DNA of 63,828 bases, the filler included, from Pirum gemmata (taxonomy: Eukaryota): NCBI GenBank assembly GCA_002812295.1. It is 26 parts of 26 records of this genome, joined end to end, with 100 filler letters (N's around TTAATTAATTAA, not from the genome) between each part and the next. Parts side by side here need not be neighbours in the genome. Positions count along the whole stretch, not along the records: positions 1 to 2,255 come from PDIN01007275.1; positions 2,356 to 4,630 come from PDIN01007276.1; positions 4,731 to 7,000 come from PDIN01007277.1; positions 7,101 to 9,395 come from PDIN01007278.1; positions 9,496 to 11,788 come from PDIN01007279.1; 21 more parts are not named here. One strand, 5' to 3'. This document shows positions 1-11,730 of this stretch, piece after piece; the stretch's first letter is position 1; each line of letters begins with the position of its first letter. The notes below the pieces were generated by a model. That model did not search any database and was not told the DNA's origin. It saw only the letters and a program-made list of their open reading frames with translations. A program made the translations under genes and the position numbers.

Positions 1-1712
1 AAATAAATAAATAAATAAATAAATGAGTAAATAAATAAAACCAAAAATAAAATAAAATAAAATAAAATAAAAAATAAAATAAAATTAAATAAAAAATTAA
101 TAAAATAAAAAATTAATAAACTATATAGTATCATATAAACAAAGTATAAACACAAAATCATTTATTTGATAGACCTATAAACATAAAAATGACAAACACC
201 AACGAAACCCGAAACCCCTGAGTAGTGAGGAGAGTGAGAGAACAAACAAAACCAAAAAAATAAAATACATGCATAATAAAAAAAAAACGGTAATAAAAAA
301 AATGACAATATTTTAAAATACATTGACTAGACTAAGAGACTAAGGCATAATAAAATATTTTTAAAATAACTACCGGAGTACAGCTAGCTAGTCCCTGGTC
401 CTAGTTAGCTAGCTAAGTAGCCCCTGCTAGCTAGCTAGGCTATCTCCTCTAGGTCTAGCTAGCTACTAGTAGATACTGGGCTCTCTTTTATATAATCTGG
501 TATGATATATATCAGTTATATATCATAATTATTATCAATAGACAGAATAGACAATATGAAATGTCGTATGAAATGTCTGTATCAGACTGTATGAAATGTA
601 GTTGTTAGTACAGTAGTTGTTCTAGCATAGTTGTTAAAAAGTAATTTACTCAAATTGTATCTATTAAATTATTATTTGGTATTTTTAATATGTATGATAC
701 ATTATGATAATTATAACTATTATGATAATTATAACTATGCATATAATACTCATATAATTATTATATGATAAAAAAAATTCTTTTGATGGTCAGGTCGATG
801 GGTTCGATGACTGTTCGATGGTCTCTCTCTACTAGCTAGCTAGCTAGTAGCTAACCGGTAGTAGGGTAGTGGTAGTCTAGCTAGCTAGGGGTAGTAGTAG
901 TCTCTACAGACTACAACTCTCTCGACAACTCAGCGACAACTCTCTCTATCAATACTCTAACTCTACTCTAACTCTACTACTCTACTTAATTTAGCGGTTC
1001 GATCCGCTGCCAGCACTGTCAAATGTCGAAACAAAAAAGAAAGGGTGCTACTACCCTACTAGCTAGCTAGCTAGCTGAGTTAGCTACTAGCTAGCTAGGC
1101 TACTACTACTACTACTCTCTAGCTAGTAGTAGCTATGATATCAAACAATCCTCAAACAATCAATAGACTAGCTAGCTAGAGCTAGCTACTATCATAGCTA
1201 GTCTAGTTAGAGTATCTACTTCGACTCTACTAGCTAGCTAGAGTCTAAGGTAGTAGCTATGATAGACTTATTATCATTAGTATTATCATTAGTATCGTTA
1301 TTAGTATTATTATTAGTATTATTATTATCATTATTATTATCTTTATTATTATCTTTATTATTATCTTTATTATTATCTTTATTATTATCTTTATTATTAT
1401 CTTTATTATCATCATTTAAATTCAACTTTAATTTAACTGTGTAATTGTAACCTACTGCTTCTCCTTTTTTTTATATAAAGAAATTTCTCTAATTAGAAAA
1501 AGAAAAAAAAAAAGTATTCTAGTAGTTAGTATAGTAAGAGGTTATGGACACAATTTTGGGCATAGTTTAAGTAAATATTTTTCCAAATACTAAAATGACC
1601 ATAATCTGATGACCCTTGTAATGCCTTTTAAATATCCTATTACTTTAGTTAAGAACTACTCTAGTCTGAAATGAAAAGTTGGTCTCATTATTATAATTAT
1701 TATTATTATTAT

Positions 1713-1748
<36 letters not shown>

Positions 1749-2255
1749 GTTATTATTATTATTATTATTATTGTTATTACAATAACCCTAACAAATAATA
1801 AACTCTTTCTCTTTCACGGTTGTATAATTATATATTGTTGTTTGGTTGTACTAAGGCAAATACTAAAATGAACTTATTATTGATGTGAATCACCATTATT
1901 ATCATTAATATCGCTGTTATAATGTTTATTATTGCTATATGAAATGTGTATTTACTTTGGGTATAGCTTAAGGTTAGGGTTAGGGGATAAGATTAAGGTT
2001 AGAGTTAGTTCTAATATTCGTGTTAATATTAGTGTTAGTGTTAGTGTTAAGTGTTAGTGTTAGTGTTTGTGTTAACTTTAACGTTAGCTTTAGAGTTGGG
2101 ATTATTGATAAGAGCTATCATTATTATCATTATTACCATTGTTATCATCTTTAATATTACTATAAGAAATTAGTATTTACTTTGGATATAGCTGGTTAAG
2201 GTTAGGGTTGGGGGTGGGTTAGGGTTAGGGTTAGGGTTAGGGTTAGGGTTAGGGT

Positions 2256-2355
2256 NNNNNNNNNNNNNNNNNNNNNNNNNNNNNNNNNNNNNNNNNNNNT
2301 TAATTAATTAANNNNNNNNNNNNNNNNNNNNNNNNNNNNNNNNNNNNNNNNNNNN
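2256..2355. other. Artificial contig spacer (44N-TTAATTAATTAA-44N); first of 25 copies (others start at 4631, 7001, 9396, 11789, 14666, 17059, 19439, 21831, 24096, 26460, 29721, 32098, 34425, 36800, 39152, 41529, 43920, 47005, 50110, 52501, 54853, 57244, 59582, 61952)
   Basis: Identical 100-nt block recurring every 2.3-3.3 kb; TTAATTAATTAA places stop codons in all six frames. Confidence 0.97.
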
Positions 2356-2488
2356 ACCACAACCACAACCACAACCACAACCACAACCAACCAACCACAC
2401 CACCAGTACCACCAGCACCACCAGTACCACCAGCACCACCATAACCACCAGCACCACCAACCAACCAACCAACCAACCAACCAACAAC

Positions 2489-3205
2489 GGTATTTTCCAC
2501 CATAATGTTTATATACAGTGTTTTGCGAAATTAAATACCAAATATAACTCCCAACTTGTGACTCACCTGACCTACATAAGTGACGCAAAATTGTGTTATT
2601 TAAAAAACAAACCAATGATGAAGAAGTTTGTTTCGGCTGGGACTCTTTTCTGCAATTCCAAAACTCCTATTACTAGTAAATATGACTTAACACGTTGGGC
2701 TGAACTGTTTTGTGATCTAACCGTAGGTAAATAATATCAACAACAACAACAACACAACAACAACGATAACAATAACAATAACAATAACAATAACAATAAC
2801 AACAGCAACAATAACAATAATAACAATAACAACAACAACAACAATAATAATAATAATAATAATGACAATAATAACAATAACAATACAATAACAATAACAA
2901 TAACAATAACAATAACAATAACAATAACAATAACAATAACAATAACAATAACAATAACAATAACAATAACAATAACANNNNNNNNNNNNNNNNNNNNNNN
3001 NNNNNNNNNNNNNNNNNNNNNNNNNNNNNNNNNNNNNNNNNNNNNNAACAATAACAATAACAATAACAATAACAATAACAATAACAATAACAATAACAAT
3101 AACAATAACAATAACAATAACAATAATGACAATGACAATAACAATAACAATAACAGCGTTTGGCTGAACTGTTTTGTGATCTAACCGTAGGTAAATAATA
3201 TCGAT

Positions 3206-3242
<37 letters not shown>

Positions 3243-3277
3243 GCAACAACAACAACAACAACAACGACATCAACATC

Positions 3278-3330
<53 letters not shown>

Positions 3331-4429
3331 CAGCAACAACAACAATAATAATAATAATAATAATAAATTTCAGGTGCTGATGCAAAATCTTGCTCCAAAT
3401 CTCCACAAATAGAATGTGCCACATGTAGGCCTGGCCATTTTTTAAACTCCAACAAAAAATGTTTGCCTTGTAAACCACACCCACATTGTTCTACTCCTTA
3501 CCCCAACCCCTCTGAACCCTGCTTACCTGCAACCAATTATAAAAAATGTAAATCCTGCACCTCCGGATTTTTTGTTGATGCTGCCGGTATATGTCAAGTT
3601 TGTCCGCCACCATCGAATTGCAACCAACCTGATCCTTCTTCGCCCTGTACCCGATGTATTTCCTGCGCTTCAGGCTTTTCTGTTGATGCTGCCGGTATAT
3701 GTCAAGTTTGTCTGCCACCATCGAATTGCAACCAACCCGACCCTTCTTCGCCCTGTACCCGATGTATTTCCTGCGCTTCAGGATTTTCTGTTAATGCTGC
3801 CGGTATATGTCAAGTTTGTCCGCCACCATCGAATTGCAACCAACCCAATCCTTCTTCGCCCTGCACCCAATGTATTTCCTGCGCCTCCGGGTTTTATGCA
3901 GATACTGTCGGGAAGTGTCAAAGTTGTGCGACACTTACTATAGCGCGGAAGGGTAAGTGTAAGGAGATTAGTAACGTAGCTTTGTGTTCTGCAACTAATG
4001 GGATTGTAGATAATATCACCTGTAAACCAAATTCTTGTGTTGCTGGGTCTAATGATATAGGTACTGTTGGAAAGTGTAATAATTGTCAACGATTAATAAA
4101 TTGTCAACCCGGCAAATCAATTAATGGCTGTATTTCCGGCACTATGGCTTTAAAATGTCAACCCGGTGGTTGTTTATTAGGGTTTTTAAGTGATGCTAAT
4201 GGGGATTGTTTGGTATGCCAAAAACCAACAAATTGTTTGAAACCTGATCCGTCTGCCCCCTGCTCGAAATGCATTTCCTGCGCCTCTGGGTTTTATGTAG
4301 CTACTGCCGGGAATTGTCAAACTTGTGCGACATCTACTATAGCGCAGAATGCCAACTGTCTCTCTAAAAATGAAGTCTTGGATTGTAAAAAGGCTGACGT
4401 TGACGTAAAATGTACTAGCTGCTCAATAG
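2489..4429 (+). CDS. Cysteine-rich CXXC-repeat (VSP/furin-repeat-like) extracellular protein, partial; exons about 2489-2726 and 3374-4429
   Basis: Open frame GIFHHNVYIQCFAK...LCYLKNK...LFCDLTV ends at G|gtaaat; acceptor tttcag|GT at 3374 is phase-compatible (GADAKSCSK...); many CxxC motifs; three near-identical 35-aa repeats CxSGFxVxAAGICQVCPPPSNCNQP; probable donor G|gtaaag at 4430. Confidence 0.8.
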
Positions 4430-5000
4430 GTAAAGGATATAATAATAATAGCGATAACAATAACAATAACAATAACAATAATAATAATAATAATAATAGC
4501 AATAATAATAATAAAATAATAGCAATAATAATAATAATAATAATAACAATAACAATAACAATAACAATAACAATAACAATAACAATAACAATAACAATAA
4601 CAATAACAATAACAATAACAATAATTATCCNNNNNNNNNNNNNNNNNNNNNNNNNNNNNNNNNNNNNNNNNNNNTTAATTAATTAANNNNNNNNNNNNNN
4701 NNNNNNNNNNNNNNNNNNNNNNNNNNNNNNGAGAAATCAACCAATCACTGTTTTCCAAAAAAAAAAAAAACCACTAAAAAACCGCAAAAAACATTTTTTA
4801 AAAAATAAACTCGAAAAAACATTTCAACATTCAAATCTATAAAAAAATTAACGACTTGAAAAAAAAAAATTCGAAAATTCGAATCGCTCGTAATATATGA
4901 TTAGCAGTTGACGTAGCCCCCTTTTCATTGGTCTTCAGCGCACATCATCCATCACCTCAACCAAATTCTTCGCGAGATCGTTGACTCGGTCCTGGAGTTT

Positions 5001-5149
5001 GGCTTCTCCCAATTTTGCTTTGTTCGAACATTTTAAGCTAATAGTTAAGCATTCGAGTATATTTATTTATTTATAAACCCGAAAAAATGGAAAAAATAAT
5101 TTTCGAACAGGACTTCGAAAATTTTCGGCTCGAGCAGAATTGGGAGAGG
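5001..5149. mobile_element. MITE-like family C (related copies about 6756-6921 and 46856-47004)
   Basis: Imperfect terminal inverted repeats GGCTTCTCCCAATTTTGCT ... AGCAGAATTGGGAGAGG; internal TTTATTTATAAACCCGAAAAAATGGAAAA shared with 46975-47004. Confidence 0.6.
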
Positions 5150-5601
5150 TTTACAAGGGTATCTATCTAAATATTGTTGCACTATATAATAAAAAAATGA
5201 TTTTAATTAATTAATTTTAAAATCAAAAACCAAGTAGATTTTTTTGTAGTATTATGCTATACTTCATCTTTAAATCTCAATATTAATTTACAAACACCCA
5301 ATAATGCCCATCTTTATTATAGAGTATGAAATATAAGTTCAATATTCAATTTTATGGAATAGCATATTAATATAATATTAATTATTTCTTTGAATTATGA
5401 AGAACTAGAGTTTGATAAGCAAAGTATTTCATAATAACTAAAGAAGAAGTTATTAATATTAACACTTACTCACTATTATGATTCAAAAAGACACATACAT
5501 GTGGAGAAAAAAAACCTTAGCTTATTATCATATTTTAATACTAGTAACCCTGCCAGTCTACCCTAACCCTAACCATGGTTAGCATAGAATAATGTTTTGT
5601 T

Positions 5602-5835
5602 GTGCTTTTCGTATTAAATTTTTATTTTGTTGGTTATAATATTTAAATTGATATTATTAAATTAATAATTAGATTACTCTGAATATTTATTTGGAGGGTT
5701 ATAATCTTTAAGTTGACATTTTTAAATCAATACATACATAATAAAATATACCAAATTAAGTAAAATGGATTTATATTGTATTAATTTGGCACTCTTTATT
5801 GTATATTTTATGATGACAAAGCAACAGAAAAGCAC
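5602..5835 (-). mobile_element. MITE family A copy (about 170-230 bp; TIR GTGCTTTTCA...TGAAAAGCAC)
   Basis: Terminal GTGCTTTTC/GAAAAGCAC; core TACCAAATTAATACAATATAAATCCATTT...TTATAACCCTCCAAATAAATATTCAGAGTGAC recurs more than 12 times in the window (for example about 5870, 7887, 24027, 35300, 41138, 41455). Confidence 0.75.
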
Positions 5836-6099
5836 GATATAAATTTTAATTTAGTTAGTAGTAGTATTTATTTTATCACTCTAAATATTTATTTGGCAGG
5901 TTATAAACTTTAAATTGACATTTTTAAATTAATAAATAGATAGTAAAATATACCAAATTAAACTAAACGGATTTTAATTGTATTAATTTGGTTCTCTTTA
6001 TTGTATTTATGCTGATAAACCCTTATAGTAGACTAGTAATAATATCATAAAAGTCTACTATCATAATGGAGTAAAGGTATTTATTAATTGTTTAGTTGT

Positions 6100-6685
6100 T
6101 TACTTTATTGTTTATCGGTTTAGCTGTGTATAATTAATTGTTTATTTAGTTGTTTAGTTGTTTAGTTGTTTAGTTGTTTAGTTGTTTAGTTGTTTAGTTG
6201 TTTAGTTTTGTTGTTTAATTAATTGTTTAATTGTTTAATTGTTTAATTGTTTAATTGTTTAATTGTTTAGTTGTTTAGTTGTTTAATTGTTTAGTTTTGT
6301 AGTTGTTTAGTTGTTTAGTTGTTTAGTTGTTTAGTCGTCTAGTTTGCTAGTTGTTTAGTTTTCTAGTTGTTTAGTTGTTTAGTTGTTTAGTTGTNTAGTT
6401 GTTTAGTTGTTTAGTTGTTTAGTTGTTTAGTCGTCTAGTTTGCTAGTTGTTTAGTTTTCTAGTTGTTTAGTTGTTTAGTTGTTTAGTTGTTTAGTTGTTT
6501 AGTTGTTTAGTTGTTTAGGTTAGTTGCAATTGTATTATTGTTTAATTGTTTAATTCTTTAATTGTTTAATTGTTTAATTGTTCAGTTGTTTTTTGTTTAG
6601 TTATTTAATTGTTTGGTTGTTTAGTTGTTTTTTAGTTATTAAGTTTACTTGTTTAACTGTTTAACAGTTTAGTTGTTTAGTTTTA
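6100..6685. repeat. Octamer minisatellite (TTGTTTAG/TTGTTTAA)n
   Basis: Direct reading. Confidence 0.95.
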
Positions 6686-7109
6686 ATTAACGTTAGGAAT
6701 TTCTGCTGTCAAAGCTCTGTCAAAAAAAAGTCAAAAAAAGCCAAAAGTCAGTCCCCGTTCGAAAAAAAAAACTCATATTTTTCGAGTTTATTAATAAATA
6801 AATATATTTGAATACTTAATTGCAAGCTTAAAAATAAAATTTCGAACTTATTAATTAATACACATCATGTCATATAGACTCGAAATATCGGTTTTTCAAC
6901 AGAGCAGAGTTGGGAGAAGCCTAATTGGGAGAGGCTAACCCTAACCCTAACCCTAACCCAAACCCTAACCCTAACCTTAACCTTAACCCTAACCCTAACC
7001 NNNNNNNNNNNNNNNNNNNNNNNNNNNNNNNNNNNNNNNNNNNNTTAATTAATTAANNNNNNNNNNNNNNNNNNNNNNNNNNNNNNNNNNNNNNNNNNNN
7101 GTTTTTTGT

Positions 7110-7190
7110 AGTAGGGGTGAGATGACGTCATTTTATTATTACCGAACAGCTGCCGGAACTTTTCCGATTTATGGTTATATTACTATTAAC
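7110..7190 (+). mobile_element. Truncated copy of the AGTAGGGGTGAGAT MITE (family D), running into (CCCTAA)n
   Basis: Near-identical to 62453-62533. Confidence 0.85.
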
Positions 7191-7454
7191 CTAACCCTAA
7201 CCCTAACCCTAACCCTAACCCTAACCCTAACCCTAACCCTAACCCTAACCCTAACCTTGTCCCTATTCCCTAAGTTGGCCCTAACCCTTTTCAAATCCAC
7301 ATTTTTTTTTGTATGAAAGATGGGTGTATTTTTCAATTATTTTTCGATCATGACATGTCATTTATATTCATTTATGTTCGAAATGATAAACCAATATCGA
7401 GTCAATTAAAATGTTCCTAATTTGGAATAAAAGCCTAAATTGCCATAATTAGAT

Positions 7455-7590
7455 AAGAAATTTGGGAGGGAGATATGGGAAAACATAATCAAATCAAACA
7501 GCTCGATCTTAATTATTAAAAAGTAACAATTTTGAGATGATATTCGATATTCTTTTTTTTTTCGAGTTTCAAGTTTTTTCTATTTCTAAG
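7455..7590. repeat. Dispersed repeat; reverse-complement copy at about 19543-19666
   Basis: GGGAGATATGGGAAAAC.TAATC.AATCAAACAGCTCGATCTTAATT...TTTCGAGTTTCAAGTTTTT present on both contigs. Confidence 0.75.
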
Positions 7591-8619
7591 AATGAAATTA
7601 AAAGTGAGCGAATACTTGAAATTAGCTCGAAAAGTTTCAAAAGTTTCGAATTAGTTTCGATTCGATGGTTTTTCCCGCATGTATGAGGGAAACAATTAGT
7701 AAAAAAATCTAGATAGTCTAGATTTACTTTTTGTTGCTTTAGTTTGGCTTTTGTAACTTTAAAGTGACAATCTTGCAACAAAATCAAAGACCTCAGGAGC
7801 CAGGAAAAAGAAAAGTTTCTACTGGCTACTAGCTAGTAGCTAGCTAGCTAGTAGTAGTCTAGCTAGTAGTAGTCTAGCTAGTAGTGTTTTCAGTGCTTGT
7901 CATCATATTGATTTAAAAATGCCACTTTAAAAATTATAATCCTCCAAATAAATATTCAGAGTGACCAAAAGTTTATAGAACTGGGTACTAATAATAATGA
8001 TGAGAAAAATCAATATGATATCGTGTATTATATCGGGTTAGGATTAGGGTTAGGGTTAGGGTAGGGTTAAGGTTAGGGTTAAGGTTAGGGTTAAGGTTAG
8101 GGTTAAGGTTAGGGTTAGGGTTAGGGTTAGGGTTAGAGTTAGAGTTAGGGTTAGGGTTAGGGTTAGGGTTAGGGTTAGGGTCTACCTAGTACGTTCGAGT
8201 CTGTTAGCTACTTATTAAATCGTCACTAGTATTTATTTTGATTGCTGATTGGTGATGCCGGTAATTGGATCACTTGGTTTAATACTAATTAAGGAAATTG
8301 GACTTACTTGGTTTAATACGTATTAAGACGATTAGGACCTGTTCCTCTTAACTCGTTAAACAAAGAGAGATGATTTGGTGATAGGGCTGATGTGGACTTT
8401 CCCTTAGGAATGAGCGAATGTGATTGAGAGAGGATGATCCTTTTTACCATATATGTATGTATATATATATATATACATGTGGATATGTGTATCTGTAATG
8501 ATATAATGTAAAGTAATAATTACTAATTAATTTACTTAATAAAAATAACGTATATAAGCGGCTTTGTTTTCACTAACTGAAACAAAACAGTCAAATATAC
8601 AAATTTTCAAACCTTTAAT

Positions 8620-9300
8620 ATATCCTTTCGATACTACAGCGTCAGGTGTTCCGCAAGGATCGATATTATTACGGCCAATTCTGGTTACTCTATTCATTAA
8701 TGACTTGCCTGACATGGTCGAACTTATAAATCGAAAATGGACGCAACACTCTTCGCAGATGAAGCAACTTTTTACCACCCACATCACCCCAAAATAAGCC
8801 CAAGAGGACACCCAACTAGCACTCAACCAAATACAACACTGGATGGACATATGCCATACAAAAATAAGCATAACAAAAAAACTCACTTTCTAATAATTAA
8901 TGATAAACCAATCCAGATTGAACTAGCTTACGAAGGCAAAGCAGTGACAGTAACAATTAACCCCAAGCTACTAGGATACTACCTATATCTAGATAAAGAT
9001 CTTTAACTACCAATATTACCATTTTTAATACCACCTATCCCAAATCACAGCCAAATTAAACAACAAGCTACGCTTCTTACCATGGTAGGCCTGTTTAGAC
9101 TGAAAGGAACAAACTGGGGTAATCCGATTACACTACTACGAACATGTAAATCACTAATGCGCTCTATTACCAATAACTCAGCAATAGCCATCCTAATGAT
9201 GTCACCAAAAATAAGAAAACATCTTCAAGTAATACAAAACAAAGCATAATGTGACTAATCACTAATATATCCCAAAATCCCATCCAACATTACATAATCT
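8620..9300 (+). pseudogene. Degenerate non-LTR retrotransposon (LINE) reverse transcriptase fragment
   Basis: Collinear RT motifs split across frameshifts and stops: SGVPQGSIL..PIL..LFINDLP, LFADE (YADD-like), KLLGYYLYLDKDL, CKSLMRS, LQVIQNKA. Confidence 0.85.
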
Positions 9301-9308
9301 AATAGCTC

Positions 9309-9395
9309 TGTCGTCCGGCGGCTCGAAGTACCCTCGAGCCGAGTTCGGTTCGTTATATAAATACTCGAGATATAGACCCGATAATATGTATGATC
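9309..9395 (+). mobile_element. Putative LTR 5' end (TG...); first 81 bp identical to 32017-32097
   Basis: Shared sequence starts exactly at TG with different flanks; both copies run into contig ends; contains TATATAAATA. Confidence 0.55.
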
Positions 9396-9814
9396 NNNNN
9401 NNNNNNNNNNNNNNNNNNNNNNNNNNNNNNNNNNNNNNNTTAATTAATTAANNNNNNNNNNNNNNNNNNNNNNNNNNNNNNNNNNNNNNNNNNNNTAAAA
9501 AAATAATATTAATAAAAAAATTATTATTAATTTTCAGTTCTGGTTTTTAATTTTTTTCTTTTAGTTTTTATTTATTATTAAAATAATTACAAGTATATTA
9601 TTATTATAATTAATTAAAACATTATATACATATTTAGTCCTTTTTCCAATAATTTTTTTTGTGTTGGATGTTGAAATTTCGATTGTAATTGTTATTTTGA
9701 ACAAAATTCAAAACTTAAGCAACCCTTAGTAGACTTCAAATTTTGAAAACACCCAGTGCACTGAATAACCATATATGACATATTATATGGACTGAAATTC
9801 GAATATTAAATTAT

Positions 9815-9978
9815 CGTCTATTTCATTGTTGTTCTCTCAATATTTGATTTTGGTAGTGTTTAAGTGTATAATTGAACTTCTTTATAAAATACAACATTAA
9901 GTATAAAATACCAAATTAATTAAAAAATGTCTTGATAATAATAATTTGGTACGTTTATTTCAGTTTTTGAACTGGACA
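9815..9978 (-). mobile_element. Dispersed repeat family B (other copies about 16805-16965, 35552-35720, 47930-48078)
   Basis: Shared CAAATTATTATTATCAGACATG...AATTTGGTA.TTTATACTTAATGTTGTATTTTATAAACAAGTTCAATTATACAC.TAAACA. Confidence 0.7.
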
Positions 9979-10149
9979 ATACGATGTAAACCAATTTTTT
10001 TTTTAAAAAAGCATCCCTTTATGATCGATAAAGTCAAAACTCCTTTCTGATAACAATTTTCACAAAGTGCAACAATATTGCTTGCATTTGGGTTAGGGTA
10101 AGGGTTGTTGTTGTTGTACATGTTGTTGTTGCTGTTGTATGTTGTTGTA

Positions 10150-11517
10150 TTTTCAACTTCACAATTACTATTTGCACCCTTAATTAATTTGTAATTAGAA
10201 TTGAAAAAAAAAGTTAATATTGAAATTATCAGAAGGAGTGTAAATAGTATTGCTATCACCAAATTATAAACATATAGCTAGAGTAGCATTTTCAGCTTCA
10301 CTATAATTACTGTAATTTTGTAATTCAAATTAGCAAAATGAGTGTAAATAGTATTATTATCACCAGTTCTAAGCTTCACAATTACTGTAATTTTGTAATT
10401 CGAATTAACAAACAAATTTTCTAATACTAAAATGAGTGTAAATAGTATTATTATCACCAATTCTAAAGTAGAAAAGTATTTCAGCTTCACAATTACTATT
10501 TACACCCTTAATTATTTTATAATTAGCTACAGAATTTGACAAAAAAAAATTGTAACAGTAAAAATCAACTTCACAACTACTATTTGCACCCTTAATTAAT
10601 TTGTAATTAGAAATGAAAAAAAAAGTTAATACTGAAATCATCAGAAGGAGTGTAAATAGTATTGTTATCACCAAATTCTAAACATATAGCTAGAATAGCA
10701 TTTTCAGCTTCAGTGTAAATAGCATTGTTATCATCTCATCAAAAGTGTAAATGGTATTGTTTTCACCAAGTTCTACATCTAGTTAATAGTATTTTCAGCT
10801 TCATAATTGCTATTTACACCCTTAATTATTATATGTAATTAGAATTAACAAACATAATTTATAATACTAAAATCATCAGAGTGTAAATAGTATTGTTATC
10901 ATCAAGTTCTAAACCTTGAATAGCATTAGTGTACTCTTATAATTCAGCTTATCAATTACTATTTACACCCTAAATTATTTTATAATAAGAATTAACATAC
11001 AAAATTTTCACAAACTTATAACTCAGCTTCACAATTACTATTACTATTTACACCCTTAATTATTTTTGTAATTAGAATTGTCAAACAAATTTTCTTTAGA
11101 ATAGTAATATCATCAGAAGGAGCGTAAATAGTATTGTTATCACCAAGTTCTAAACCTAGAATAGTATTAGTATGGCCTTGTAGCTCAGCTTCCCAAATAC
11201 TATTTACACTCTTAATTGTTTTGTAATAAGAAATTTTTTATAACCTTATAATTCAGTTTCACAATTACTATTACTATTTACACCCATAATTATTTTTGTA
11301 ATTAGAATTAACAAACAAATTTTCTAATAGTAAAATCATCAGAAGGAGTGTAAATAGTATTGTTATCACCAAGTTCTAAACTTTAGAATAGTATTAGTAT
11401 GGCCTTGTAGCTAAGCTTCCCAATTACTATTTACACCCTAAATTGTATAACCTTATAATTCAGATTCACAATTACTATTACTATATTTAAACTCATTAAT
11501 TATTTTTGCAATTAGAA
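10150..11517 (-). repeat. Tandem array of about 9 decayed copies of the AAMP-like last WD40 repeat, stop codon and 3' flank
   Basis: Units translate to variants of ELQGHTNTILGLELGDNNTIYTPSDDFTIRKFVC*; marker TATTGTTATCACCAA recurs about every 100-240 bp. Confidence 0.85.
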
Positions 11518-11730
11518 TTAACAAACAAATTTTCTAATAGTAAAATCATCAGAGGGAGTGTAAACAGTATTGTTATCACCAAGTTCTAAACCTAGAATAG
11601 TATTAGTATGACCTTGCAGTTCAGCTTCACAATTACCATTTCGAGCGTCCCAAACCCTTACAATGCCATCTAAACAAGCCGTATATACCTTAGGAAGAGT
11701 AGGATGCCATTTTACTTGTAAAACACCATC
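11518..11730 (-). CDS. AAMP: Last exon of a WD40 protein, AAMP/Sqt1-like (ribosomal protein uL16 chaperone)
   Basis: Acceptor aaatag| then DGVLQVKWHPTLPKVYTACLDGIVRVWDARNGNCEAELQGHTNTILGLELGDNNTVYTPSDDFTIRKFVC*; resembles the AAMP C-terminus (VYTCSLDGIVRLWDARTG...GHTAEIL). Not in the ORF track. Confidence 0.75.
   Translation of the reverse strand, partial: DGVLQVKWHPTLPKVYTACLDGIVRVWDARNGNCEAELQGHTNTILGLELGDNNTVYTPSDDFTIRKFVC

Noticed and set aside
990..1016. tRNA-like T-arm AGCGGTTCGATCCGCT
   Set aside because: Loop is 6 nt rather than 7, and no D-arm, anticodon arm or acceptor stem is visible; at most a relic
2200..2255. TTAGGG tracts at contig ends as true telomeres or nanochromosome ends
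   Set aside because: Tracts occur internally and in introns, and several terminal ones are in the wrong orientation; contigs also end at other microsatellites
9635..10140. LITAF-like zinc-ribbon remnant (CENC...; CTGC...HPTQKKIIG) split by a family B repeat
   Set aside because: Too degenerate; the motifs cannot be joined convincingly
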